The position numbers were made by a program, and so were the translations under genes. The notes beneath the pieces are model-generated. The model saw nothing but the letters and a program-made list of their open reading frames with translations. It was not told the DNA's origin and did no database searches. From assembly GCA_963575745.1 (NCBI GenBank), contig CAUYUJ010000133.1:1-64000 (forward strand): a stretch of DNA of 64,000 bases, written 5' to 3'. This DNA comes from Prorocentrum cordatum. Lineage: Eukaryota. Below, piece by piece: positions 1-14,282 of this stretch (position 1 is the stretch's first letter; the number at the start of each line of letters is the position of its first letter).

Positions 1-1932
1 GCCCCCAAACTCGGCTAGCCCACAACGGTGCGACAAGATGGGCCGGCGGAATGAGCGAAGCGATTAAATTGTTTGACCGCGCACAAGTGCGAGGTACCCG
101 CCCCCCCACCCAAAATCATGATCATGTATCGACGTCATTGTCGTGCCCGTTTTTGTTCACGCACTAGTGCGAGGTACATGCCGTGTAACCCCGTTCTAAC
201 TTGAAGAGGCCCCTTAGCTACCGCCCCGCTTCGGCTACACGCAAGAGTGACCCTGGGTAAGAGTGACCCTTGATGCGCGGCTCTACGAACACACAAGACG
301 CTACTATCGCATCGCGCTCGGCGATCGGGGGGAACCCCGGTGGGCCAGCACCAGAAGATCACTCCGGCGAAAGTCACTCTGACAGTGGAGGCGAATCCAC
401 AAGAAACATTCCACAAGAAACCCAACCCTGAGACTCCAGGACGCCCATCGATTTTCGGTGTGGGAACGTCACGCTGCCCATCGCAAAACCATCGAAACCC
501 AAGAAACCCAGGGCACCCTGGAGGCAAGCAAGGTGCTTCTTGGCATGGGCCTCCACTGTACGCCTGGTCGACGGTTAACGGACGCCCCGCTGGCAGGGGC
601 CGCACGGCCCGTCGCCGCAGCGTCTCTTGAGCTGGGCTCCTTTGGGGAGCTCGAGGCTCCGCCTGGCCGCGCCCCCCGCGCCCCTGGCCTCCGCGAAAGT
701 CAGCCGCTCCCGCTCGGCGCCCGTGTCGCGGGAGACGACGACCTTGACGCGGCCTGCCCGCCCCCCCGCTGACCCCGTGCCCCTGCGAACAACACCCCGA
801 GGGATAAGAGAAAGTTCGGCGTGACGACCTGTCCCGGCAAGTCGCACGTTAGACACGGCAGCAGCTCCGAGTCGTAGTTCCTTTCCCCGCGACCCGGCAG
901 TTCGGCCTCGCCGCCCCTCGACCCCGACCAACGCTGCCTTGGCCGGAGAGGACCCACTCTCACAAGTGAAATGGGGGGGTATGACTTATGATCCAGAGCA
1001 CAGGGTCATGAGGGGCAACGATAGGGGGGGGACTGTAGGGGGGGACGCATCGACCTGGAATCGGCGATACATCGCCGATGGATCCGCGATGGGCCTCCCA
1101 TCGTGCATCCGCACCTTCCTGGGCAGGTTGGGGCTCTCGGGTCCCTATCGGCGATCAAGGGGCGATTGGGGGTCGATACATCTCCCCCTATGCCTATCCC
1201 CCCCTATCGTTGCCCCTGAGGTTAGGTGGCGACACTCGAACCCTCAGGACGGGGCCGATCGGGCGCCCAAAACTCCCAGACCCCTTCGGGTCACGACACG
1301 GACATCGCGGCGGGGGAGGCTGGAAAGCTGCGCCCTCCTGGTGCCCCCCCTCGCTGCGCCACGGGACAACCCAAAATAGAAGAAGAAAAAACCACATAAA
1401 CATTAACTGCTGGCGATCCGCGCGGATGCAAGAAATCCGCGCGGAGCGCCAAAACCTTATGTTTATGTGCTATTTTCTTCTCCGGCAAAAAAAGACTCAG
1501 GCTGAAAATCCTGTCCTGGGGAACGGGTCCAGACCTCTGGTCGGGCGGGGCTAGGACGAGGAACAATCCGTTCCAGGGCGCTGCGGAACGCTCTCGGAAC
1601 GCTCCAGAACGCTCTGGGAGAAGGCCGCGGCGCCCAATGCATCCTCCAGAGCTGCCAGACCTCAGAGACTCTCGATTCATCCCCGCCCGAATTGGTCCTC
1701 GTCCTGGCTCCGTCTTTACCCTGCCCGTCGATTCCCCTGAATCGCTTCTCCTGGATCGGTGGGAATTCGCCGCCCACTATGCCCCGCCGCGCACCGGGGG
1801 CTCGGGCCCCGGGCCCCCCCCCGGCAATGCTGACCTTGTTGGCCCAAAGACGCTCGGGCGCGTGGCCCCGGGGGGTCTGGACTTCGGTCGGGCGTGTCCC
1901 ACTACAGGCGGATTTGGGGCGAAAAATCAAGA

Positions 1933-2967
1933 ATAGCCCAACGAATACCCCAAGAATGATCCACAAAAAAATAAATCGTCCCCTGACGATTTTTTTGTCT
2001 TTCGTCCTGAGCCGTTTCTTGACCGTCTCGAGGCCCGGCGAAGAGGCAGAAAACCGCCAAAAGCTGGGCGCTCCAATCCCACCAGCCCTCTGGGCGTCGG
2101 TGGTTTAGAGCGTTTCCTCTTCCACCCCTCCTTCTTCCCCTTCGGGGAGGGGTTTACCCCTCCCCCTACCCCCTCCCCACTGACCTGGACAGGGGGGGCC
2201 GCGGGTAGTTAGAGCGTCCAAGATCGACTCCTGGGAAGGCTAAAATTCGACACCCCTCACGAGGATCATGGCTCCTGAGGGGGGGGCTGTAAATTAGGGA
2301 CCCCCCCTTCGTTGATCGATCTCCTCCAAATTGTTCCAAAAGACGTCTTGGACCCCCTCTTGGGCTCTGCGCGCGGGCGGGCGGAGCGCCGCCCGCCCGC
2401 CCGCAAGGCCCAAGAGCCCACCAAAACGTTCGAAGACACTTCCAATACGCCACCAGGGAGGAGGAAGAGGCGGAGGAGGAGGAGGGAGGAGGAGGAGAGG
2501 AGGAGGAGGAGAGGAGAGGGAGGAGGAGAGGAGGAGATAGCCCAACGAATACCCCAAGAATGATCCACAAAAAAATAAATCGTCCCCTGACGATTTTTTT
2601 GTCTTTCGTCCTGAGCCGTTTCTTGACCGTCTCGAGGCCCGGCGAAGAGGCAGAAAACCGCCAAAAGCTGGGCGCTCCAATCCCACCAGCCCTCTGGGCG
2701 TCGGTGGTTTAGAGCGTTTCCTCTTCCACCCCTCCTTCTTCCCCTCGGGGAGGGGTTTACCCCTCCCCCTACCCCCTCCCCACTGACCTGGACAGGGGGG
2801 GCCGCGGGTAGTTAGAGCGTCCAAGATCGACTCCTGGGAAGGCTAAAATTCGACACCCCTCACGAGGATCGTGGCTCCTGTGGGGGGGGCTGTAATCAGG
2901 GACCCCCCCTTCGTTGATCGATCTCCTCCAAGATTGTTCCAAAAGACGTCTTGGACCCCCTCTTGGG
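1933..2967. repeat. Recent local direct duplication, ~430 bp (1933-2363 and 2537-2967)
   Basis: Near-identical sequence from ATAGCCCAACGAATACC to GGACCCCCTCTTGGG. Confidence 0.9.
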
Positions 2968-3316
2968 GGGAGGAGGAGGAGAGGAGGAGGAGGAGAAGGC
3001 GGAGGAGAAGGAGGAAGAGGGGAGGAGAACAGCTGCCGATCATCGGCGCTCTTCGTTCGAGTGCCTGGTGTAGGATGGGCTGGTGGGGATACGCGAAGCG
3101 TCAAGAATTTTGTTCGGAGTGTCAGATCTCCGGGGAGAAGGCAGAGGAGGAGGAGGAGGAGAAGAAGAAGAAACGAAAACCCTCTCGAAACCTTTTCCAA
3201 GCGGGTTTCCGGAGGGGTTCGGGAGGGCTCGGGCTTTTTTGAGAGAACAAAAAAATCCCTAGCGAGACCTGGACTGTCTAACCTTACTGGGGGGCTGTGT
3301 TCCTCTCACACACGAG

Positions 3317-3545
3317 GGGGCCACGAAGGGCTGCAACGGGGCCACGAATGGCTGCAATGGGGCCACGAAGGGCAGCGAGGGGGCCATGAATGGCTGCAAC
3401 GGGGCCACGAAGGGCAGCGAGGGAGGCACGAAGAGCTGCAACGGGGCCACGACAGGCAGCGAGGGGGCCATGAATGGCTGCAACGGGGCCACGACAGGCA
3501 GCGAGGGGGGCACGAAGGGCTGCAACGGGGCCACGAAGGGCAGCG
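3317..3545. repeat. Minisatellite with 18-21-bp units (GGGGCCACGAAGGGCTGCAAC variants)
   Basis: Visible tandem units. Confidence 0.9.
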
Positions 3546-3759
3546 AGATCCCGACTCCAAAATAAGCTGCGAGGGAGTCCTCAGCGTGAGCGCGACTCTC
3601 GGGGCTTCGTAAACGGGGGTTTAGCTAAACGGGGGCTCAGGCTTTTCCAATACCCCCGTTTACTCTACGAACCCCCGCTTACCCCGCCCAGGGCCCCCTA
3701 ACCGGGGGCATGGCCAAACGTGGAAATCGGCGTTCCCTGTACCCCGCTTTGCCGGCGCC

Positions 3760-4193
3760 CTGTAACTCTTGGGTGCCTGAATGTCGGGAGCGCGGCGCTT
3801 GAGTAAACTGCGGCGAATTCCAACGCAAGCGCGCGATTCTTCAGTAAATTGCAAGCATGTCTTCGGCGAGAGCGCGACCCCAGAGCGCCGAGAAAGCTAT
3901 TCCTTAGTAAAGTGCAAGGAGGTCCCAAACGAGAGCGCGATGCTTGAGTAAAACGCGAGGAAGTCTCAGGCGGGAGCCGGGGTCCTGGCTAAATTGTGAG
4001 GAAGTCTCAGGCGGGAGCCGTTGTTGTTGTAACTCTGGGGCCAGGGGCGCAGTTTGAGCCTAGTGACATTCCCCTACCTCCGCGGGAAGCACTTCAATTG
4101 AAAAGACACGGTGGTCACCGGAGGGGAGGGGTCAACAACAATTATTGCTATGTCGTGGGTTTAACAACAACAACGAACGAACAACGAACAACG

Positions 4194-4262
<69 letters not shown>

Positions 4263-5710
4263 TCAACCACAATCACAACCACAACCACAACCACAACCAC
4301 AACCACAACCACAACCACAACCACAACAACAACAAGCATTATAAGTCTGTTCGCTCTTACTTGCCCGTGCGTCATTCGAAACGAGTTCCCCACACCCTCG
4401 ATACCCGCCCGCGCTGTCTTCGATCACACCCCCTTTGGGGGGATTCTTTCTCTTTGCGGGGGGCGGCGGGCTTAGACAGGCGGGCAAACCTGAACGGGCG
4501 GACAATCTTTCGTGGGCGTACATGTGCCCGACATTGGAATTGGGGTGGGCCCTGCAAAAAGAGGAGGGGAAGAACGAGGGAGAGTGGGAGGAAGGGAGGG
4601 GGAGGGACAAAGGAATAGGGAAAACGCCAGGAGAGAAGGAGCGAAGAGGGGGGCGGTTGATTAGAGGCAGAGAGAGAGAGAGGAACAAAAGACAGATAAG
4701 AGAGGTAGAGAAAGAGATAGAGAGAGAGAGAGGGGAGAGAGAGAGAGAGAGAGAGAAAGAAAGAAAGAGGGAGGGAGGGAGGCAGGAGAGGGGAGGGAGA
4801 AGGGAGGAGGGAGAGGAGGGAGAAGGGATAGGGCAGAGAGGCATAAGGATGAGGGAAGAAGGGAGGAAGAGAGAAGGGAGGAGAGGAGGGAGGAGGGAGG
4901 AGAGAGAGGGAGGAGGAGCACGAAGGTAAGAGCGTGAACGTTCTAGGAAGGCCTAGGCGAAAGCGAAAGCGCCATTCCTGAAGTAAGTCTCGGGCGGGAG
5001 CCCACGACGGGCGGGCAATCCCCTGACGGACGGGTCGGGCGGGTGGGACATTCAAGCGGGATGCCTGAGTATGACGAGAGCGCGAATACTAAGTAAATTG
5101 TAACGGCGTCCTTGGCGCAGCGTGTTGCATGAGCGTCGAAAGCGCGATTTCTGAATGCATCGCATGGATGTCACAGGCGAGAACGCAATTCCTGAATAAT
5201 ATGTGAAGGGTTCTCTGGCGGGAGCGGGGGTCTTAATTAAATTGCGAGGAAGTCTTGACTCAATTGCGAGGAAGTCTCAAGCGGGAGCGCCGTTGCTGAG
5301 TAAATTGTGAGGAAGTCTCAGGATTGGAGCGGGGGTCCTGACTAAATTGCGAAGAATCACAAGCGGGAGCACCGATCCTGAGTAAATTTGAAGGAAGTCT
5401 CAGGAGCGGGGGTCTTGAATCAATTTGGTCGAAGTCTCAGGCGGGAGCCGTTGATGCTGTAATCTGGGGGGCCAGGGCCCAGTTTTAGCAGGAAGACTTC
5501 CCCTATCAAAAAACAGGGTGCGAGCGTCAATGGGCACACTTTGATTGAGAAAAAACAGCATGCACCGGTGAGGGGGGATCAGCAATATTTGTTCTATAGA
5601 AATGAGAGTTCAACAATAACAACAACAACAACAACAACAACAACAACCGCACCAGCAGCAGTAGCAACAACAACAACAACCGCAGCAGCAACAACAACCA
5701 TAACCACCAT

Positions 5711-5755
<45 letters not shown>

Positions 5756-7325
5756 CAGTGTAAGACTGCTCGCTCTTATCTGATCGCGTGCCATTCAACA
5801 CGTATATCTCACACCCTCCATACTCGCCCTCTTCGTTTTCGAGCGTGCCCCCTTGGGGGCATATCTTACCTGCAACGGGTATGTCGCGCAGCCCCGCCGG
5901 CAGGGGAAGGGGACGGATGGAAGAAAGGGACAAGGGGGAGGGAGGGAGATGGAACACGAGAGAGAATAGCAGGAGGGGGGCTACTAGCAGAAAACACGTG
6001 GCAGAACCAGACGGGCAGATCAAGCGGGTAGACCCCAACAGGCGGGTCGGGAAAGCGGGCCCAGGCGGCCAGGTCGAGCAGGCGGGTTGCTGACGCGTGC
6101 GTCCTGCATGAATCGCTAGAAGTCTCAAACGACAGCGCGATTCCCATGTAAATCGTGAGATAAGCCAAAGCGAGAACATGATTCCTGAGTGTGGAGGGCG
6201 CGGCGTTTGAATACATTGCGAGGAAGTCCTACGCGAGAGCACGATTCCTGCATAAATTGTGAAAGTGTCCCGCGCGAGAACGCGATGTGTGAGTAAATTT
6301 CAACGACATATCAAGCGGCAACCGCTGTTGTTATAAACCGGGGCTCAACAACACAATTCTAAGAGCCAAGACGATAAAGAACAGGGTGCGAGCCCTGGGA
6401 TGGGCACTTCAATTGAAAAATACCGTGTGAGAGGGGGATCAACAAAAATTATTGTTCAGTAGTGAGGGCTCAACAACAACGACAACAACATCATTACCAT
6501 CTTCACCAACAACAGCAGGAAAGACAACCACAACAACCGCAACAACAACAACAATCAGTGTAAGACTGCTCGCTCTTATCTGATCGCGTGCCAGTCAACA
6601 CACATATCCCAAAACCTTGATACTCGCCCTCTTCGTCTTCGATCGTGCCCCCTTGGGGGTATATATCTCTCTTACCTGCAACGTGTATTTCGTGTAGCCC
6701 CTGTGAGGCAGGGGAAGGGGGTGGATGGAAGAAAGGGACAAGGGGGAGGGAGTAAGATGGAACACGAGAGAGAGAGAGTAGCAGGAGAGGGGCTACGAGC
6801 AGAAAACACGTGGCAGAACCAGACGGGCAAATCGGGCGGGTAGACCCTAACAGGCGGGTCGGGAAAGCGGGCCCAGGCGGCCAGACGAGCAGGCGGGTTG
6901 CTGAAGCGTGCCCCCTGCATGAATCGCTAAGAAGTCTCGAGCGATAGCGCGATTCCCATGTAAATCGTGAGATAAGCCACAGCGAGAGCATGATTCCTGA
7001 GTATCGAGGGCGCGACGTCTGAGCAAATTGCGAGGAAGTCCCACGCGAGAGCGCGATTCCTACATTAATTGTGAGGACGTCCCGCGCGAGAGCTCGACGT
7101 GGGAATAAGTTGTGACGAAGTGTCAGGCGGCAGCCGTTGTTGTTGTTGGTGTTGTTGTTACGATTGCTACTGTCACAAACCGGGGGCCAACGACCCAATT
7201 CTGAGACCCAAGACACTCCCTGGAACAAAACGGGGTGCGAGCCCTGGGAAGGGCTCTTCAATTGAAAACCATCGTGCACCGGAGGGGGGATCAACAATCA
7301 TTATTTTTCAGAAACGAAAAATTAA
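3760..7325 (+). repeat. Head-to-tail array of family-A elements separated by (CAA)n: ~3760-4160 (left-truncated), 4335-5612, 5752-6472, 6553-7325; another copy at 36991-37948
   Basis: Shared left end CGCTCTTA.(TT/CT)G..CGYG..., internal GAGGAAGTCTCAGGCGGGAGC subrepeats, and right end CACTTCAATTGAAAA...GGGATCAACAA..ATT followed by (CAA)n. Confidence 0.8.
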
Positions 7326-7433
7326 CAACAACAGCGACAGCCACAACAACAGCAACAACCATAGCAGCAGCAACAACAACAACAGCACTAGCAGAAGCAA
7401 CAGCAACAGCAACAACCATTACCACCGCCACCA

Positions 7434-7471
<38 letters not shown>

Positions 7472-8302
7472 GCATCAGCAACAGCATCAGCGACAGCAGC
7501 AACGACAACAACAACCACAACGACAACCAACAGATGTTCCCAAACGCTATGGCGAGAAAGCGCCCGCCACGGAGCGTACACTATCAGAGTTCTGATCGTG
7601 AGTACAAGTTATCCATACTACACGCTCGGGCAAGCCTGGGCATTCCACCGCTCGACTCCTCCCTCGCGGACGATGCCCAGACAGACATCCACATCCGACG
7701 GACTGGACCTTTTCGAGCCGTCGGCCGCTGGAAAACTACGGTGCGATTTGCTCGAGTCGCCAGGAAACCTTCGATCCCGCATCACGCACGATTAAGAGCT
7801 CAGGCCAGACAGATGCTGGACGAGCGCATCTTCCCAGAGTTGGGTCCAGCATGTCCTCCTACAGACGGATTTGGGACGAAAAATGAAAAATACTCCAAAC
7901 ATACTCCCAGAAGAATCAAGTAATACTAAAAACAATCGTCTCCCGACTGTTTCTTGACCATTTTGAAGATTCCCCCTGTAGAGGGACAGGCCCGACTTAG
8001 CATCACGCACGATGAACAGCTCAGGCCAGACTGCGGAGGCCCTGGGACAAATAAACAGACACACAAATCACAGGAGTCCCCCTTTGTTCCCAGATCTTCT
8101 GGGTTTCTGTATTCCCCCCCACACTTCCCACATTTTCCCATATTTCCTGCGGGATCGACGAGTCATTGTGTCTGTGTGTTCGTTCTCCCTCCTGACAGAC
8201 GGCTGCTGGCCCAGCGCACCCCTCCCCGTGAGGCGGGGGGCGGGCAGCACGGCCGCACACAGGCCCTCTAAAAAGCATATCTCAAGAGGGCTCCGCGCGT
8301 GG

Positions 8303-8491
8303 GCCGACGACGGCGACGACGACGACGACGAGGACGACGACGCTGACGACGACGACGTTGAAGACGCTGACGACGACGACGACGACGACTACAACGACGA
8401 CGACGACGACGACGACGTTGACGACGCTGACGACGACGACGACGAGGAGGACGACAGCGACGAGGACGACGACGAAAACGTTGACGACGCT

Positions 8492-8569
<78 letters not shown>

Positions 8570-8636
8570 CACGACGACGACGACGTTGACGACGCTGACG
8601 ACGACGACGCTGACAACGACGACGACGACGACGACG
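8303..8636. repeat. Imperfect (GAC)n microsatellite
   Basis: Direct reading. Confidence 0.95.
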
Positions 8637-10765
8637 GGCGCCCTGAGCTGGGAGAAGTCACGAGGTACCGATACGGCTGCTCACTGGACCTCTGCCCGGA
8701 TGCGTTCTGACCAGAATCTCGAGGCGAGGCCAGCCGTGGCGAGGAGGGCCGGGCCTCCCAGGATGCCCCAAGGAAGTTCAAGCGAATGAGGGGTGGCGGT
8801 ACTGTGTCGGTATTGTACCTTTTCTCCTCTGATGCGGAGGAAAGATTGAATAGGCGGCGAGAATCCACCCCCCATAATAATCACCCCGGCAAGCGAAGCC
8901 GTTTAGTAAACGAACCCTGGGGAGGAATCGAACACGGCAGGGCGATCTAGTAAACACCCAGGGCAGTCTAGCCTACGCCTATTGTCGGGTCAGGGTGGTT
9001 GTCCCCCCTTTGATTAAAGGAGGAGAGCACAAAGGGATGAGGTAAAGCAGCATCTTGAGATCCGGGCGCTAACTCGACGCTAATCGACGCTAGCCGACGC
9101 GAAATCGGCGCTATCTGATCGACTCCAGACGGCAATGGACGCTAATCGACGCAAGAGACACAATGAAAAGGGTATACCAGGCGCCCATGACTTGCGACCG
9201 AAGGATGGAAGAGAGGAGAACACGTAGGTGAGAGGAAACGCAGGATCCTGAGATCCGGGCGTCGTTGCAATATTTTATCGACGCAAAAGACACACTGAAA
9301 AGGGTACACCAGGCGCCCATGACTTGCTACCGAAGGACGGAGGAGAGGACAACACGAAGGTGTGAGGAAACGTGCGCGCCCCCTCCACCGTGGTTTCCGA
9401 GGTTCAGGGCTACGAGGCAAATTACGTCCACTTCGAGCAGACCAAGACTGGCCAGAAGAGGGACCCGCAGCCCCGCAGGGAGGCTCCCCCATCCCTTCCT
9501 CCTCCTCCTCCCTCCTCCCTCCTTCCTCCCCTTCTCCCTCTGAGATCCGGGCGTCGTTGCCGTATTTTGTCGAGCGAAGCGTTCTCGCCCAGACTGGACT
9601 TCCGGCCCCGAGGCCTGGCGTCCAGGGCCCTGGTTGCGACTTTCCGCGATGCTGCATTTTTCCGCAACGTTGGTAGGGCGCCGCATGCGAACCCCACCCC
9701 TACCCCCCACGATTTTTGAGGGGGAGGGTGGGTTCACTTGGCTCGGGAGCTCCCGAACGAAGTGAACCCCACCCTCCCCCTGAGAAATCGTGGGGGGTAG
9801 GGGTAGGGTTCGCATGTGGCCCCCTAGTTGGATCTTCGGTGGCAACTCGTGGGAGCCTCCCATACCATCTGGTCGGCTCCTGCGAATCGACGCTAATCGA
9901 CACTGGTCGGCGCTAATCGACGCGAGATCGACGCGAGATCGACGCCATCAGACGCTAGATCGGCGCTATCTCATCGACTCCCAAACGCTCATCGACGCTT
10001 ATCGAACGCTTGTGACGGATTCAGAAGGTACACGAGGCTCCCATGATTTGCTGCCGAGCGGACCTCAGGGATGACAGCCACCCTGAGCTGCCCGCATCCT
10101 CCCCCCCAGCGGGCCCTCGGCTTGCTGTGTGACCGCGGCCTCCAGGCCAGCCTTGCCCGTGACACGCATGATCTGCGGGCGCGGCCCCGCCCCCCCGTTC
10201 AGAGGCTGCACAAGGGCTCCCAACTTCGCGCTTCGCGCTGCGCGAAGCGCGAAGTGCGAATAACTTCGCGCTCTCGCGCCGCCTCCCAGGAGAGAAGAGG
10301 AGGGTGAGGAATCCGAGCCGAACTGCGAAGCGCGAAGCGCGAATAACTTCGCGCCCTCGAGGGCGCCCTTGCTGCAGGAGGTGGATAAAAGGGAAGGGAG
10401 GAGAAAAGAAGAGGGTGGTGAATGCAGGACGCTGAAATTCTGGCGTTGCAAATTTTTCAAGACTGGCATTTTCGGTTAGGTCGGGCATGTCCCCCTACAG
10501 GCGGATTTTGGAAGAAGAATAACCGAATTCGAAAAAGGTTCAAAACATATTCAAACATAGTTAAAAAATCGTCCCCCGACTATTGCTTATACTATTCAAA
10601 AAATTCCTCCTGTGGGGGGGGCATGCCCGACTCAGCATTTTCGCCAGGTTCTGGGCCACGGAACCCTCACAGGTCGATCCGGCTCAGGGAACGGCGCAGA
10701 CAGGTGGGGGCTGCGGCTCCAGCCGTGGTTCCCCGCGACGCCGCGATCTGTTCGCACTGGGGGAA

Positions 10766-10833
<68 letters not shown>

Positions 10834-11462
10834 AGACTCACTGTACCGACCTTGCAGACGTGCTGCAGCGGATGTTTGCGGGGACTTCTGTCAATGCAGA
10901 TACCCCGAAACGGCGAGCGAAAAACGAAGTGAAGTTCACGCGGATGTTTGTTTTGTCTTCTTTCCTGGCCAGAGAAATCAGCACGAAAATCACTTCGAAA
11001 TCCGGAACGAAATTCTCCAGGACACTCCGAGCCCATCCGATTGTTTTCCGAGCGAAATCCGCTCTGCGATGTTGGCGCCATGAGACGGCGACAAGAAAAA
11101 GTAGGACGGCCAATCAGAATCAGGAGACCCCAGGAGGCCCCGAGGAAGCCCCGAGGAAGCCCCGAGGAAGTCCCAAGGAGGGCGCCGAGAGGCCCCCTCA
11201 GAGGCCCGAAGAGACCCCTGAGAGACCCTCAAGAAGCCCCCCCAAAAGACACCAAAATGGCTCCCAAGAGACCTCCAAGAGGTCCCCGAGGGGCCCCCCG
11301 CGACATCTCGACGAACATCCTGGAGGCCTCTGAACCACAACCAGGGCAGGGTGGCGGATGAGCCGAAGACCATCAGTCGGAGTGACCCCAGGCAAGAGTG
11401 ACCTTTGGTGCGCGGCTCAACGGGGGACGCTGGGAGGCCAAACCCTTCGCGTTCGGAGATCG

Positions 11463-12674
11463 GAGAGAGCGTGATCCACCGCCGCTTTACTATGGAAAAT
11501 TGCCAACCTTTTCCTCCGGAACCCGGGGGTCGCCCCCCCCCCCTCCTCCGAAAATCCCCGCCCCCCCCCCCTGCTGGAACCCCTCCCCCCCCCCCCCCTC
11601 CCCCGGCAAAACCCCCTCCTCCCCCCTCCTCCCCCCCCCCCCCCCTCCCCCTCGAAAACCAGAAAACCGGGGGGATCACTACCGGTTCGAACCCCCCCCC
11701 CCCCTCTGCATCCGGAAAACGGGGGGGGTCACTACCGGTTCGAACCCCCCCCCCCCTCCGAAACCGGAGGGGGATCACTACCGGTTCGACCCCCCCCCCC
11801 CACGCACCGCCAGCAAACGACTCCCGGTCCCTACCACCGTCCGCATCACATCCCCCACTGTTGTTCCCAGCACCACTGTCCTCACCACCACTGTCCCCAC
11901 TGGTTCCACCACCGTCCCTACTGTCCCCACCAGTGCCCCCACCACTGTCGCACTGTCCCCACTGTTCCCACCACTGTTCCCACCACGGTTCCACTCTCCC
12001 CACTGTCTCCACGGATCCAACCACTGCCCGACTATCCCCACTGTCCCCACTGTCCCACTGACTCCTCCGCTGTCCCACTGAGCTGTCCCACTGTTCCCAC
12101 CACTGTCCCCACTGTCCCCACCACTGTCCCCACTGCACCTCTGTCCCATTGTCCCACCGCCGTCCTCGCCACCGCCTTCACCACTGTCCCCACCACCATT
12201 GTACCCTCCACTGTCCCACTGTTTCCACCTCATTCCCATTGTCCCCACACCACTGTCCCCACCACCACCGTCACCACCACTGTCCACTGTCCCCCCCTGT
12301 TCCCACCATTGTCCCCACCACTGTCCCCACCACTACCGTCCCCACCACTGTCCCACTGTCCCACTGTCCCCACCACTGTCCCGCTGTCCCCTCACCACTG
12401 TCCCCACCAACACCGTCCCCACCACTGTCCGCACCCCCACTCGGTTTTCGAGGGGGGGGGGGTTCGAACCGGTAGTGACCCCCCCGGTTTCGAGGGGGGG
12501 GGGTGTCGAACCGGTATTGACCCCCCTCCTTTTCATGGTGAACTGGGGGGGGGGAGGGGTTCGAACGCGTAGTGACCCCCCCCCGGTTTTCCGGTGGGGG
12601 GGGGGGGGGGAAGGGTTCGAACCGGTAGTGACCCCCCCCGGTTTTCCGCCAGCAGCGGTAGAACACGCTCTTTC
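11463..12674. mobile_element. Foldback-type element nested in an M2 MITE
   Basis: Direct repeat TTCGGAGATCGG at 11452-11463 and 12672-12683. Inverted ends GAGAGCGTG.TC.ACCGC. Subterminal arrays of TCACTACCGGTTCGAACCCCCC are inverted at the two ends around a central (CCACTGTCC)-type satellite. Confidence 0.75.
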
Positions 12675-13587
12675 GGAGATCGGGGAACCCCAGTGGGTGG
12701 GCACCGAAGGTCACTCAGGCGAAGGGTCACCCTTACGTGTGGTTGGTATGAGACAGAAGAAAGAACACGGAAGAGGAGCAGGGCCCGGCGAGGGGATGGG
12801 AAGGGAAGGGGCAATCCAAAGAACGACCGGCGGAGCAGCCGAGGAAGAGCAAGGAAGGTGCAGGGAAGGGCGGGGGGGGGGGGAGCGAGGTCCCAGAGAG
12901 GCTGCAGGGGGGGCGGGAGCAGGAGGGGGGATATTACAGTCGGACCTAGGCCAAGAGAACATCCCCAACGGACATGAGACCCTCCGTCGGCCAAACCAAG
13001 AAGAACATCCAAGGGCACCCTCCCCCGGATGCACAAGAACATCTAACAAACACAAAGAGCACTGAGGAACCCTCCCCGAAACGACATCGATCTTATACCC
13101 CAGTCCGACTGTATCGATTGGACTGTACATAAGTTGGGAATGCCCCTCGGGGCTGCCACCGCCCCACCGCGAGCGCACCCGGGAGGGCCGATGGGCCAGC
13201 GCGGTGGTGGCAGCGCGCTCGCGCCCACCGGGCGTGCGCCTGCGTGCGCGTCTTGGCCTTCCGGCCCGCCAGAGGTGCGCATATGGGAGGGGGGGGGGGC
13301 GGCGGTGAAGCAGGGAGGCAGTCGGAGCTGGCCGCCGTGGTCCCGAAGAAGGCAGCGAGGGGGAAGCATGCGAAGGAGTGCGATTTCACATGGATTCACA
13401 AGGGGAGGATGAGCAGCAGCAGCAGCAGAAGCAGCAGGAGCAGCAGGAGCAGTAGCAGCAAAGAATTCAAATCTAAGGGCCCATCCCCTGGATCCTCACG
13501 CGAAGCACGTCGCGCACCCAACACTCATCCCCCCTGCTCCTCCTCACCCTCCTCATTCCTCCTCCTCACGCCTCCTCCTCATAGCGT

Positions 13588-13682
13588 GGGATGCGGATGA
13601 GGATGAGGATGAGGATGAGGAGTGGGATGCGGATGAGGATGAGGATGAGGATGAGGAGGAGGACGAGGACGAGGATGAGGTT

Positions 13683-13752
<70 letters not shown>

Positions 13753-13785
13753 ACGAGGATGAGGATGAGGATGAGGATGAGGATG

Positions 13786-13836
<51 letters not shown>

Positions 13837-13881
13837 GTGATGGTGATGGTGATGGTGATGCTGATGCTGATGATGATGCTC

Positions 13882-13937
<56 letters not shown>

Positions 13938-13940
13938 AAC

Positions 13941-14015
<75 letters not shown>

Positions 14016-14112
14016 GATGACGGTGATGGTGATGGTGATGATGATGATGATGGTCATGGTGATGGTGATGGTGGTGGTGGTGATGGTGATGGTGAGGGTG
14101 ACGAGGATGATG

Positions 14113-14143
<31 letters not shown>

Positions 14144-14282
14144 CGATGATGACGATGACGATGCTGATGATGCTGATGCTGATGATGATGTTGATGATGT
14201 TAATGTTGATGGTGATGATGGTGATGATGATGGTGCTTCTGCTGTTGATGATGATGATGCTGATGAAGAAGATGATGGTGAC
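13588..14282. repeat. Compound (GATGAG)n/(GACGAG)n/(GAT)n microsatellite
   Basis: Direct reading. Confidence 0.95.
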
